This document shows, one piece after another, positions 32,271 through 41,934 of a stretch of 42,468 bases of DNA (the stretch's first letter is position 1; each line of letters starts with the position of its first letter). This DNA is from Patescibacteria group bacterium (lineage in GTDB: Bacteria; Patescibacteriota; Microgenomatia; UBA8517), in contig JAOAEL010000002.1 in assembly GCA_026416845.1 (NCBI GenBank), positions 1-42,468 on the forward strand, given 5' to 3'. The notes under the pieces are model-generated. The model saw nothing but the letters and a program-made list of their open reading frames with translations. It had not been told where the DNA came from and searched no databases. The translations under genes were made by a program, and so were the position numbers.

Positions 32271-34859
32271 CTAATTTGGTGCAGATGTTGGAGTAGGAGT
32301 AGGAGTGTTTGTAGCATTCCACTCTACGCCAACACCAACGGTTATAACACGATCCGATTCTTTACCATTAACATCGCGAGCTTTTATCCTCAAAGTATGC
32401 ACGCCATTTGGCAAATTAACTTCTTCTTTGTAAGGAGGATAAGTAAATGAACGAAGCTTGACTCCATCAATTTCTAATGTAACTTCATTTATTTTATCTA
32501 TAGAAAAAATTTTAGCTTCAACAGAAAAAGTATTTGGCAAGTTTGAAGTTTTATCTGTAGGTCTGACAAATTCAACATTAATTGGTACACTAGAACTGCA
32601 ATACTCTGTCGGTGGATTGTATTTGGCAGGATCAGGCTGGGATGCAATCCACTTGTTTATCCCTTCTTGCCACTTATTAATTCCTGAACCTTTTGGTGCT
32701 GTTGGATCTTCTTCCTTAAACAAAAAATATTCACGTTCTTCATAATTGCCAGAGGCAATATCTGAAGGATTGGCAAGCTTCCCTTCGTTTTTACAAACCT
32801 TCAATCTCAAACGCACTTTATCTTCTTGTGGTTCAGTTCCTTTTATAAACTTTTCCATTCTGGATTCAGAACCTTCACGTGCAACGTATCCTGAAACTTT
32901 ATCAACAGGGATAATTACTATCCCTGAAGGAACTTCAAACTTAATTCCTGGTTTACTATCTAAAGCTTTAAGCAAAATTTTTCTCCATATCGGAGACGCG
33001 CCAGTTACACCAGATGCAACTTGAGTCATAGGGGAATTGTCATTATTCCCAACCCAAACGCCAACCATTACCTGTTGATTGCCACCAACAGTCCAGTTAT
33101 CGCGTTTATCGTTTGTAGTACCTGTTTTGACTGCAATTTGTCTTCCGGGAATATTTAGTTGAGAATTGACACCAAACACATCTTTTCTTGCATCATTATC
33201 CGAAAGTATATCAGCAATCAAATAAGCCTCTTCAGGTGTAAGAACACGCGCGCTTTTTTGGGGACGCACTTCTTCAAGAACTTTTCCATTTACATCTTCC
33301 ACCCTTAATATAGCCACCGGATCTACTCTATAACCTCCATTAGTAAACGCTCCATAAGCGCTAGTAAGCTCTATCAATCTAACTTCACCGCCACCTAAAG
33401 CAACAGAAAGTCCCACTCGCGATAGTGTTTTCTGTGTTGGTTCAAGAGATTTAATTCCCATCTCATATGCAGTCTCAAGCATGTTTCTCACACCAACCAA
33501 AGCAACCATCTTCACAGCCGGCACATTTATGGAATTGCCAAGGGCGTATCTTACCTGAATTGGGCCTCGATATTTACCGTCATAATTCACAGGCACGTAA
33601 GGAGGTTGACCGCCACCAACAGTAAATTCTGTTTGCACATCCATAAGCAAAGTAGCGGCGGTATAGCCTTTTTTAAATCCAGTCACATAAACAATAGGTT
33701 TAATCGCGCTACCCGGCTGACGAAGCGCAGTTGTCACATTTACTTGTCCATCTATTTCAAGATCATCAAATCCGCGAGACCCAACCATAGCCAAAATTTC
33801 ACCAGTCTCAGGATTTAGAACTATGGCAGCGCCATTTGTTATCTTTAGATGTTTTACTTTGTTAATTTCTTCTGAGACTATCTTTTGAGCCTCTTCTTGC
33901 AATGCCAAATCTAAAGTCGTGGTTACTTTCAACCCACTTTCCAAAGCGCTTGCGCCATATCTATCTTCCAAAATACGTTGAACATACTGGACAAAGTGTG
34001 GCGCCTTAAAATTTGCCCCTCGTTCTGCAAATTTAACATTTGGAAGCTCTGCCACCGTTTGATCCTCCTGCTCTTTTGTAATATAACCATCTTCACGCAT
34101 ACGCCTTAAAACAGCCTCAGTACGCGTAATATAAGCATCTTTATCTCCAGTAAAAGGCGAATAATAACTGGGTCTTTGAGGCAGACCGGCCAAAATCGCA
34201 GATTCTATCAAAGTAAGCTCTGAAACATTTTTGCCAAAATAAACTTGAGCCGCAGATTCAACTCCTCTGGTATTGCCTCCATAGGAAGCTTCGTTAAGAT
34301 ACATTTGCAATATCTCATCCTTGGAATATTTCCGCTCAATTTGAACTGCCAAAATAAATTCTTTTAACTTGCGATCCAAAGAACGTTCAGAAGTAAGCAA
34401 GACATTTTTGACCAGTTGTTGTGTTAAAGTAGATCCTCCCTGTGCTCTTCCTTGTGTAATTAATCTTGATAGCCCGCGCAAAACTCCCCAAAGATCAAAA
34501 CCTTGATGTTGATAAAAATTTTTGTCTTCAATGGCTATCGTTGCTTGTTTTAAATAATCCGGCACGTCTTTTATATTTACAGGGGATCTGCGTTCATCGG
34601 TAAAAATTTCATACAAAACTTCTCCCGATCTGTCTAAAATTTTGGTTGAAAATCCTTCTCTGCGAACAATTTTATCCGGAGAAGGCAAATTCAAAGCAAA
34701 AAAAGGCACAATTATAAAAATCCCAATTGTAAAAAGAAGAACTGCCACAAAGCCAATTTTTGCCAAATTTACAAAAACTTTCGACAAATCAAAATTGGGA
34801 AAATTAAATCGGTAGTTTCTGGAAAGTCTTGCTCGCCTGCGTTGGTGCCACCTAGCCAT
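32271..34859 (-). CDS. Class A penicillin-binding protein (transglycosylase-transpeptidase) with C-terminal Ig-like domain
   Basis: IEDKNFYQHQG, GGSTLTQQLVKN, RKLKE, QPGSAIKP (SxxK), SIN, KTGTT. Confidence 0.95.
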   Translation of the reverse strand: MARWHQRRRARLSRNYRFNFPNFDLSKVFVNLAKIGFVAVLLFTIGIFIIVPFFALNLPSPDKIVRREGFSTKILDRSGEVLYEIFTDERRSPVNIKDVPDYLKQATIAIEDKNFYQHQGFDLWGVLRGLSRLITQGRAQGGSTLTQQLVKNVLLTSERSLDRKLKEFILAVQIERKYSKDEILQMYLNEASYGGNTRGVESAAQVYFGKNVSELTLIESAILAGLPQRPSYYSPFTGDKDAYITRTEAVLRRMREDGYITKEQEDQTVAELPNVKFAERGANFKAPHFVQYVQRILEDRYGASALESGLKVTTTLDLALQEEAQKIVSEEINKVKHLKITNGAAIVLNPETGEILAMVGSRGFDDLEIDGQVNVTTALRQPGSAIKPIVYVTGFKKGYTAATLLMDVQTEFTVGGGQPPYVPVNYDGKYRGPIQVRYALGNSINVPAVKMVALVGVRNMLETAYEMGIKSLEPTQKTLSRVGLSVALGGGEVRLIELTSAYGAFTNGGYRVDPVAILRVEDVNGKVLEEVRPQKSARVLTPEEAYLIADILSDNDARKDVFGVNSQLNIPGRQIAVKTGTTNDKRDNWTVGGNQQVMVGVWVGNNDNSPMTQVASGVTGASPIWRKILLKALDSKPGIKFEVPSGIVIIPVDKVSGYVAREGSESRMEKFIKGTEPQEDKVRLRLKVCKNEGKLANPSDIASGNYEEREYFLFKEEDPTAPKGSGINKWQEGINKWIASQPDPAKYNPPTEYCSSSVPINVEFVRPTDKTSNLPNTFSVEAKIFSIDKINEVTLEIDGVKLRSFTYPPYKEEVNLPNGVHTLRIKARDVNGKESDRVITVGVGVEWNATNTPTPTPTSAPN

Positions 34860-34951
34860 ACAAGCATTGTATCAAAGCAAATTTCATAAGAGCAAACCAT
34901 AAAAGAGTTAAAATACTTCAAATTTTTCAAGCTATCAAATAAAATACGATC

Positions 34952-36115
34952 ATGGATACAAAACTAATTAACCAAATTCTTGCACGAGGAGTAACAAACA
35001 TAATACCTTCCAAAAATTCGCTTACAGAAATGTTACTAAGTGGCAAAAAACTAAATGTTTATCTTGGGATTGACCCTACCGCAACACAAATTCACATAGG
35101 ACATGCTGTCCCTCTTAGGAAACTTTCAGCTTTGTCCAAACTAGGACACAATGTAACATTTCTAATAGGCGACTTTACAGCTTTGATAGGTGACACATCG
35201 GACAAGACATCAGAACGCCCCATTCTTTCACAAGAACAAGTACAAGAGAACTTCAAAACATACAAAGCTCAAGCGGAGAAAGTTTGCGACTTTTCAAATA
35301 TAAAAATTCGTTACAACAGTGAATGGCTGTCTAAATTAAACTTTGTAGACATTATTAAACTTGCGCAAAATTTCTCGGTTGGAGATTTTATAGGAAGAGA
35401 GTTAATTAAAAAACGACTTCAGGAAGGAAAACGTGTTAGGCTTGATGAAACCTTATATCCAGTAATGCAAGGGTACGATAGCTATTTTTTAAACACAGAC
35501 ATCCAAATCGGCGGAGCAGATCAAACCTTTAACATGCAAGCAGGCAGAATACTGCAAAAGAATCTTAGAGGTAAAGAATCATATATCTTGGTTACAAACT
35601 ACCTACTAGGCACAAATGGGGCAAAAATGAGCAAGAGCTTGGGAAATGCAATTTGGCTAAACGATCCTCCAGATGAGATGTATGGCAAGATAATGTCAAT
35701 CACAGACTCAAACATACTTGCTTACTTTGAAATGGCAACTAACTTGCCTGACGAAGAAATCAGAAATTACAAAGAAAGATTAGAAAAAGGAGAAAACCCA
35801 ATGAAAATTAAAAAATCTTTAGCGCATCAAATCGTCTCCGAACTGCATTCAGAAAAAGAAGCTGATTTGGCTCAGCAAAATTTTGAAAACATATTCCAGA
35901 GAAATAATGCTGAATTTAGAATTAAAATCAAAAATCAAGAAAATTTGCTAAAAACACTCGCGCAAATTGACAACTTAAGCAATTCAGAAATAAAAAGACT
36001 TCTTAGCAAAAACGCCATAGAAATAAACGGCAAAGTTGAAAACAATCCATTTGTAAAACTATCCGCCGGAGACAAAGTCAGAATAGGCAAACGAAAGTTT
36101 GTTCAGATAGTTTAA
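34952..36115 (+). CDS. tyrS: Tyrosyl-tRNA synthetase
   Basis: YLGIDPT, HIGH, YPVMQGYD, QIGGADQ, KMSKS, C-terminal S4. Confidence 0.97.
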   Translation: MDTKLINQILARGVTNIIPSKNSLTEMLLSGKKLNVYLGIDPTATQIHIGHAVPLRKLSALSKLGHNVTFLIGDFTALIGDTSDKTSERPILSQEQVQENFKTYKAQAEKVCDFSNIKIRYNSEWLSKLNFVDIIKLAQNFSVGDFIGRELIKKRLQEGKRVRLDETLYPVMQGYDSYFLNTDIQIGGADQTFNMQAGRILQKNLRGKESYILVTNYLLGTNGAKMSKSLGNAIWLNDPPDEMYGKIMSITDSNILAYFEMATNLPDEEIRNYKERLEKGENPMKIKKSLAHQIVSELHSEKEADLAQQNFENIFQRNNAEFRIKIKNQENLLKTLAQIDNLSNSEIKRLLSKNAIEINGKVENNPFVKLSAGDKVRIGKRKFVQIV

Positions 36116-36126
36116 AATGGTAACAC

Positions 36127-36228
36127 ATGAGCGATAAATTAAAAAAAAGAATCAGTGTTTTTGTTGTGGCAATTGCCATTTTGTCCCTCGTGTTAGGCTC
36201 AATTTTGCCTTTTCTTCTTTATATATAG
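36127..36228 (+). CDS. 33-aa single-pass membrane micro-protein (not in ORF track)
   Basis: MSDKLKKRISVFVVAIAILSLVLGSILPFLLYI; fills the tyrS-recG gap. Confidence 0.55.
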   Translation: MSDKLKKRISVFVVAIAILSLVLGSILPFLLYI

Positions 36229-36247
36229 TTAATTAAAATTATTTTTC

Positions 36248-38263
36248 ATGGATCTGACTACTTCAGTATCAGAACTTGCCAATGTAGGAGAAATTTATGC
36301 CAAAAGACTATCAAAACTAGGGATACTTACACTGGAAGATTTGTTGATGCATGTCCCTTTTAGGTATGAAGATTTTACTAACATAAAGAAAATCTCGACA
36401 GTCAAAGCCAACGAAAATGTAACCATACATGCAAAAATTGAATCAATAACCAACATCACCACTAAAAGAGGACGAAAAGCGCAACTGGTAATTGTTTTTG
36501 ACGAGACAGGTAAAATGCAAATATTATGGTTTAATCAACCATACATTTTGTATGCCCTTAAAACAGGATCTGATTTTGCATTTTCAGGAAATGCCCAATG
36601 GTTTAATAAAAAATTGACTCTTTTTGCTCCAGTTTACGAGCCATTGTCATCTAAAAGCGAAAGCATTCATACTGGTAGGATTGTGCCAATTTACCATACA
36701 ACAAACAAAATAAACTCAAAGTGGATCAGAACTCGTATATTTCATCTTCTTAAAAACGACTTTGAAGAATTTTTGCCAGAAGATATTTTAAAAAAGCACA
36801 ATTTGATGGACTTTACCAATGCAGTTAAAACCGTCCATTTTCCTGAAAAATCGGACAACATTGAAAATGCAAGAAAAAGGCTGGCTTTTAACGAATTTTT
36901 CATGCAACAAATCAAATGGCTAATGCGTGCTGAAGACAGAAAAAAATTTACAATCTCTCACAAAATAAACATTCCAAAGTCATTGTACTTAAATTTTGTC
37001 AACTCTCTGCCATTTAAGCTTACCCAATCTCAAGAAAGATCAATTAAAGAAATATTTGAGGATCTAAAGAAAAAAACTCCAATGAACAGGTTAGTTGAAG
37101 GCGACGTAGGATCTGGGAAAACTGTGGTTGCTGGAGCCGCGGCGTTTGCAGCATTTACAAACGGCTTTCAATCTGTTTTTATGGCGCCAACACAAATCCT
37201 TGCAGAGCAACACTACAACACTCTATCCAAACTTTTTGCGCCATATAAAGGCAGGGTAAGTCTCATAACTTCAACAAAGAAAAGCATCGAGATGGGTAGA
37301 AGCGATATTTTCGTGGGAACACATGCTCTAATATACAAAAAGATTGACTTTGATAAAGTAGCCCTTGTGGTGATAGATGAATCTCACAGATTCGGAGTTA
37401 ATGAAAGAGCAAAAATTGCAAAGATAGTTTCAAAAAATAAAAAATCACCCCATATTCTCACAATGACAGCAACACCAATACCAAGAACAATAGCGCTAAC
37501 CGTATATGGAGATCTTGACTTGTCAACACTTGATGAGCTTCCAAAAGGAAGAAAACCAATAACCACATGGATCGTGCCACCGGAAAAACGAAATGGAGCA
37601 TATGAATGGATATCTAAAGAAATTGATGAAAATAAAGTTCAGGCATTTATTGTTTGTCCCTTGATTGATGAGTCGCAAGTTGAAACACTCAAAGAAATTA
37701 AAGCTGTCAAAACTGAATTTGAAAAACTGCAAAATATTTTTAAGGACAAAAGGCTTGGGCTTTTACACGGAAAACTAAAATCAAAAGAAAAAGAAAAGGT
37801 CTTGGAAGATTTCAGAAAAGGAAGTCTGGATATTTTAGTTTCCACTCCGGTTGTGGAAGTAGGAATTGACATACCAAACGCAACAATTATGGTAATAGAA
37901 GCCGCAGAAAGATTTGGGCTAGCTCAACTTCATCAACTAAGAGGTAGGGTAGGTAGGGGAGAGAAAAAATCATATTGCCTACTTTTCACAGAAAGCAAAT
38001 CTGAAAAAGTAAATCAAAGATTATTGGCAATGAAAAAATCAATTTCAGGATTTGAACTTGCAGAGATTGATCTTCAAATGAGGGGACCGGGCGAAATATA
38101 TGGAGTGGCACAACATGGATTTCCACAACTAAAAGTGGCAACATGGCAAGACAGCAATCTTATAAAACTAACAAGATTAGTTGCCCAAGAAGCAATATCA
38201 GACAAAAATAAATTCGCAAAAGTATTTGAAAAATTAAACAAACTTGAGGTAAACCTAAATTAA
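36248..38263 (+). CDS. recG: ATP-dependent DNA helicase RecG
   Basis: PFRYED, wedge OB fold, RLVEGDVGSGKT, MAPTQILAEQH, DESHRFG, MTATPIPRT, QLRGRVGR, TRG motif RGPGE. Confidence 0.97.
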   Translation: MDLTTSVSELANVGEIYAKRLSKLGILTLEDLLMHVPFRYEDFTNIKKISTVKANENVTIHAKIESITNITTKRGRKAQLVIVFDETGKMQILWFNQPYILYALKTGSDFAFSGNAQWFNKKLTLFAPVYEPLSSKSESIHTGRIVPIYHTTNKINSKWIRTRIFHLLKNDFEEFLPEDILKKHNLMDFTNAVKTVHFPEKSDNIENARKRLAFNEFFMQQIKWLMRAEDRKKFTISHKINIPKSLYLNFVNSLPFKLTQSQERSIKEIFEDLKKKTPMNRLVEGDVGSGKTVVAGAAAFAAFTNGFQSVFMAPTQILAEQHYNTLSKLFAPYKGRVSLITSTKKSIEMGRSDIFVGTHALIYKKIDFDKVALVVIDESHRFGVNERAKIAKIVSKNKKSPHILTMTATPIPRTIALTVYGDLDLSTLDELPKGRKPITTWIVPPEKRNGAYEWISKEIDENKVQAFIVCPLIDESQVETLKEIKAVKTEFEKLQNIFKDKRLGLLHGKLKSKEKEKVLEDFRKGSLDILVSTPVVEVGIDIPNATIMVIEAAERFGLAQLHQLRGRVGRGEKKSYCLLFTESKSEKVNQRLLAMKKSISGFELAEIDLQMRGPGEIYGVAQHGFPQLKVATWQDSNLIKLTRLVAQEAISDKNKFAKVFEKLNKLEVNLN

Positions 38264-38388
38264 CAAATTCTTGCTAAAAAACAAAATAGAAGATAAAATT
38301 AGCTACAAGTTAAGTTTGAAATCAATTTGACCAACTTGTTGGTTTTTTGTACCAAATTTAATTAGAAAAAAATAATAAGTTAAATTTT

Positions 38389-38550
38389 ATGGCACCAGTA
38401 CCCAAAAAGAAATCTACACGCGGAAGAAGTGACAGAAGAAGGAACGCCGCAACAAACAAAAAATCAATTCCAAACCTTTCTGTTTGCGTAGCGTGCAAAG
38501 CTTTCAAACTACCTCACAAAGCTTGTCCTTCGTGCGGTTTTTACAAATAA
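38389..38550 (+). CDS. rpmF: 50S ribosomal protein L32 (Zn-ribbon type; not in ORF track)
   Basis: MAPVPKKKSTRGRSDRRR...CVAC...PHKACPSCGFYK. Confidence 0.93.
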   Translation: MAPVPKKKSTRGRSDRRRNAATNKKSIPNLSVCVACKAFKLPHKACPSCGFYK

Positions 38551-38598
38551 ACCTTTATTCTTTCTTGACTATTCAGCATTTTTAGGTGAATATTTACT

Positions 38599-38973
38599 AT
38601 GTTAATTGCTATGAAATTAAAAAATGATCCCAGACATCAAAAAAGACGAGAAATCTTACAAACACTTTTTGCAAATAGTTTTCATGAACAACTAAACAAT
38701 GTACATCAGGAAGTAATCGAAATAACTAAAAAAAGAGAGATTATTGATAAAGAAATACTGGAAGCGGCTCCAGCTTGGCCAATAGAAAACATAAACAAAA
38801 TCGATCTTGCAATACTTAGGCTTTCGGTGTATGAATTATTGGAAGGAAACACTCCGCCTAAAGTCGTTATAGACGAAGCGGTTGAGTTAGCAAAAGAATT
38901 TGGAGCTGAAAGCTCACCTTCCTTTGTTAATGGAGTTTTAGGAACAATATTTAACAAGCTACAGTCTAATTAA
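38599..38973 (+). CDS. nusB: Transcription antitermination factor NusB (alternative start 38611)
   Basis: RHQKRR, DLAILRLSVYEL, VVIDEAVELAKEFG, SFVNGVLG. Confidence 0.95.
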   Translation: MLIAMKLKNDPRHQKRREILQTLFANSFHEQLNNVHQEVIEITKKREIIDKEILEAAPAWPIENINKIDLAILRLSVYELLEGNTPPKVVIDEAVELAKEFGAESSPSFVNGVLGTIFNKLQSN

Positions 38974-38983
38974 ATAAATAACA

Positions 38984-39247
38984 ATGGACAATAATAAAAC
39001 AATATCACCTTTAGAATTAAAAGTAAAAAAAAGTCTTGCAGACTATTTAGGAATTGAAACAGAAGACATATCTTTAGATGATTCTTTTAAAGAGGATCTT
39101 CATATGCAAGCAACTGATTTAGCAGATTTTTTAGAACACCTTTCAGAAAAAGGTTTACCAACAGATCAAATAGACATTGTACAAATACAAACTGTGGGTG
39201 AACTTATTGAACTCCTAAATTCTGAAGATTCCATAAATTTGGAGTAA
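38984..39247 (+). CDS. Acyl-carrier-protein homologue lacking the phosphopantetheine serine
   Basis: KVKKSLADYLGIETEDI...SFKEDLHMQATD...QTVGELIELL aligns with ACP, but DSL is replaced by QAT; syntenic with rnc. Confidence 0.75.
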   Translation: MDNNKTISPLELKVKKSLADYLGIETEDISLDDSFKEDLHMQATDLADFLEHLSEKGLPTDQIDIVQIQTVGELIELLNSEDSINLE

Positions 39248-39264
39248 ATTTTAAAAATCTTCCC

Positions 39265-39954
39265 ATGTCAAAAAACGCTTCTTATTCAAAATTAAAAAAT
39301 CTTTTCAAAAATACCAAATTTCTGGAACACGCACTTACACATAGATCTTGGGTAAATGAGAATCCGGGAAAATTTACATCAAATGAAAGATTTGAATTTT
39401 TAGGTGATGCCATACTTGAATATGTAGTTTCAAAAGAATTATTTGAAATGTTTCCAGACAAAGAAGAAGGATATCTCACAGTTGTACGATCAAAAATAGT
39501 AAATACCAAAAACTTGGCTAAACAGGCTATACAACTTGAAATTGGTAAGCATATTAAACTTTCCAAAGGAGAAGAAGATACAGGTGGTAGAAACAATCCA
39601 TCTTTGTTAGCAGATGCTTTTGAAGCAATAATTGGTGCTTTATATATCGACAGCGGCATAGCAAAAACAGAAAAATTTATAAAAGCACACTTGCTTAACT
39701 CTTTAGAAGATATTCTCTCAACACCACTTAAAGACCCTAAAAGCAGACTTCAAGAATATGTTCAATCAAAAGGAATGCCAACACCTAAATATGATGTTAT
39801 ATTAGAAACAGGTCCAGACCACAATAAAAGATTTACAGTTGGGGTCATAATAAACGGACAACAAATAGCAATAGGGGAGGGCAAAAGCAAGAATGAAGCA
39901 GCACAAATTGCCGCATCTTTAGCAATTGAAAAAATAAACAAAGCAAAAAATTAA
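39265..39954 (+). CDS. rnc: Ribonuclease III
   Basis: ALTHRS, NERFEFLGDAIL, ADAFEAIIGALYID, dsRBD DPKSRLQE. Confidence 0.97.
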   Translation: MSKNASYSKLKNLFKNTKFLEHALTHRSWVNENPGKFTSNERFEFLGDAILEYVVSKELFEMFPDKEEGYLTVVRSKIVNTKNLAKQAIQLEIGKHIKLSKGEEDTGGRNNPSLLADAFEAIIGALYIDSGIAKTEKFIKAHLLNSLEDILSTPLKDPKSRLQEYVQSKGMPTPKYDVILETGPDHNKRFTVGVIINGQQIAIGEGKSKNEAAQIAASLAIEKINKAKN

Positions 39955-40050
39955 AATTTTGAACTTGAGATCATACAATATTTTTTGTTAGAATAATAAT
40001 CTTTAAAGAAAGATAAGAAAAAAGAGAAACAAATAAAGATTGCTAAGCTT

Positions 40051-40347
40051 ATGATTAAAATCAGGTTATCCAGATACGGCACAAAGAATAATCAGTTTTA
40101 TCGCATTGTAGCAATTAATCAAAGATCAAAAACTCAAGGCAAGTTTTTAGAAATTTTGGGAACTTATAATCCTAAAAAATTTCAAATTAACATAGATAAA
40201 GATAAAGTTCAATCTTGGATAAACAAAGGAGCAAAAATTTCTGAAAGTGTTTCTTATCTTCTAAAAGGAGAAAAAAAACCTAAAAATTCCAAAAACGAGA
40301 AAGATAAAAAACAAAAAAACGATCAAATCAACGAAAAACAAAATTAA
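40051..40347 (+). CDS. rpsP: 30S ribosomal protein S16
   Basis: MIKIRLSRYG, FYRIVA, GKFLEILGTYNP. Confidence 0.95.
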   Translation: MIKIRLSRYGTKNNQFYRIVAINQRSKTQGKFLEILGTYNPKKFQINIDKDKVQSWINKGAKISESVSYLLKGEKKPKNSKNEKDKKQKNDQINEKQN

Positions 40348-40395
40348 ATAATTAAGATTTAATTTTTATCATTTGTTTAATTAAATTTAATTAAC

Positions 40396-40635
40396 ATGGA
40401 TGAATTATTAAAATTTATTCTTGAAGGAATAACAGGGAAAAGTGTGCCATTCAGCAAGTCTGAAAATAAACCAGAACAAATAATATACGAAATTAATCCA
40501 GAAAATTCGGAAATTGGTATTTTGATTGGAAAAAATGGCACGATAATCAAATCAATACAAAACATTCTAAGAATACGGGGAAAGCTAGAAAACAAATTTG
40601 TAATTGTCAAAATCAATAATCAAGATCAAAATTAA
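40396..40635 (+). CDS. khpA: KH-domain RNA-binding protein (KhpA-like)
   Basis: IGILIGKNG (GxxG); conserved position after rpsP. Confidence 0.85.
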   Translation: MDELLKFILEGITGKSVPFSKSENKPEQIIYEINPENSEIGILIGKNGTIIKSIQNILRIRGKLENKFVIVKINNQDQN

Positions 40636-40645
40636 CAAAATATTT

Positions 40646-41344
40646 CTAATTAAAAGGATTTTGCCTAACAAAAGCAGGTGGTAATGGCGATAAGAAATTT
40701 TTGATCAATTGAGGTTGATTAAGTTTTGTTACAAAATCTAAAATCTCATTTTCTTTTGAAGTAAAATCAGATACTAGAGTATCAATTTTATCAGGATATT
40801 TAGACCAATAAACAGATAATAAAATTTTAAATTTCACTTCTGAACCTAAAACCTGTGCATCCAAACTTTGTATACTCATAATTGGAGAACTTTTGTTTAT
40901 ATTATCAACAAAATCAAATATGTCTTGAATACTTTCTGTTTTTAATTCAATACTAAAATTTAAACTATTAATTTCGTCTGAAATTTTTGCTTCGTCTCCA
41001 ACAGAAAAAGACTTTACAAAAATTCCTTGATTTTTAAAAATGTAAGATCTAATTTGCGACATAGCTAGCAAAATTGGCTTTTCTTCAGGAATGGCAATAG
41101 AGACAACATTAGATTTTTCCAAAACTTTTGGAGAAATACTTGATAAAATTTCTTTTTTAAATTCTAAATCCTTTATCTTTTTTTTATTATCTTCATAATT
41201 TTTAATCTCATAAAAAATTAAATCAGAACCTTTTACAATAACTAAAGCCATAAAAACCAAAACTGTAAAAAACAAAAAAAGATTACTAAAAGGCTTATAA
41301 AATTGAAAGAAAAAATTTGAAAATAAATTTTCTTTATATATCAT
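40646..41344 (-). CDS. PilO-like type IV pilus assembly protein
   Basis: N-terminal TM, coiled coil, AIPEEKP; third gene after pilM and pilN. Confidence 0.6.
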   Translation of the reverse strand: MIYKENLFSNFFFQFYKPFSNLFLFFTVLVFMALVIVKGSDLIFYEIKNYEDNKKKIKDLEFKKEILSSISPKVLEKSNVVSIAIPEEKPILLAMSQIRSYIFKNQGIFVKSFSVGDEAKISDEINSLNFSIELKTESIQDIFDFVDNINKSSPIMSIQSLDAQVLGSEVKFKILLSVYWSKYPDKIDTLVSDFTSKENEILDFVTKLNQPQLIKNFLSPLPPAFVRQNPFN

Positions 41345-41348
41345 AAAA

Positions 41349-41882
41349 TTATTTCATTATTAAAGTATAACTCGCTTTATAGCCAAAACTATCAAGATTA
41401 GAATCATACTCTCTCAAAATAATCGCCATATATCCGCCAGATTTTTTAAGATATGTAACAAATTTTTCAGATTCAGCTATATCTCTGAAATTAACTTCTA
41501 AATTAATTTCATTTGCTTTTAACTCAAATCTAGTAATCTGTAAATCTTGTCCAATTTGATTCAAAATATTTTGAAAATTTTCTTTAACGGTATAGAAATT
41601 TCTAAAAGAAAGGATATTAGATATTTTTGACAGTCTATCTTTTATAAGAAAAACTCTTTGCTCTACATATTCAAGAGCAACAACTTCAGATCTTAAATTT
41701 TGAATTTTTGAATACAGCAATCGATTTTGATAAACCAAAAATGCATAAAAAAAACCTCCAAGAAGAAAAATACAAATTAAGAAAACTAAAAAAACAATAG
41801 ATAACTTTTTTAAAAAAAAATTTACCCTCTTTGCATAGCTATTAGGCTTTAAATCTTCAGGCAGCAAATTTATATTTTTCAT
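41349..41882 (-). CDS. PilN-like type IV pilus assembly protein
   Basis: INLLP motif at the N-terminus, TM, coiled coil. Confidence 0.75.
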   Translation of the reverse strand: MKNINLLPEDLKPNSYAKRVNFFLKKLSIVFLVFLICIFLLGGFFYAFLVYQNRLLYSKIQNLRSEVVALEYVEQRVFLIKDRLSKISNILSFRNFYTVKENFQNILNQIGQDLQITRFELKANEINLEVNFRDIAESEKFVTYLKKSGGYMAIILREYDSNLDSFGYKASYTLIMK

Positions 41883-41934
41883 ATTTTTAATTGACTAAAT
41901 TTTATAAATTTAAATAATCAAATTTAAATTAGAC

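Noticed and set aside
8901-39659. Numerous antisense or alternate-frame ORFs in the track (e.g. 8901-9338, 15155-15541, 25715-26122, 32229-32450, 32458-33024, 39282-39659)
   Set aside because: They lie within motif-supported genes and have the Ser/Phe/Ile-rich composition typical of shadow frames
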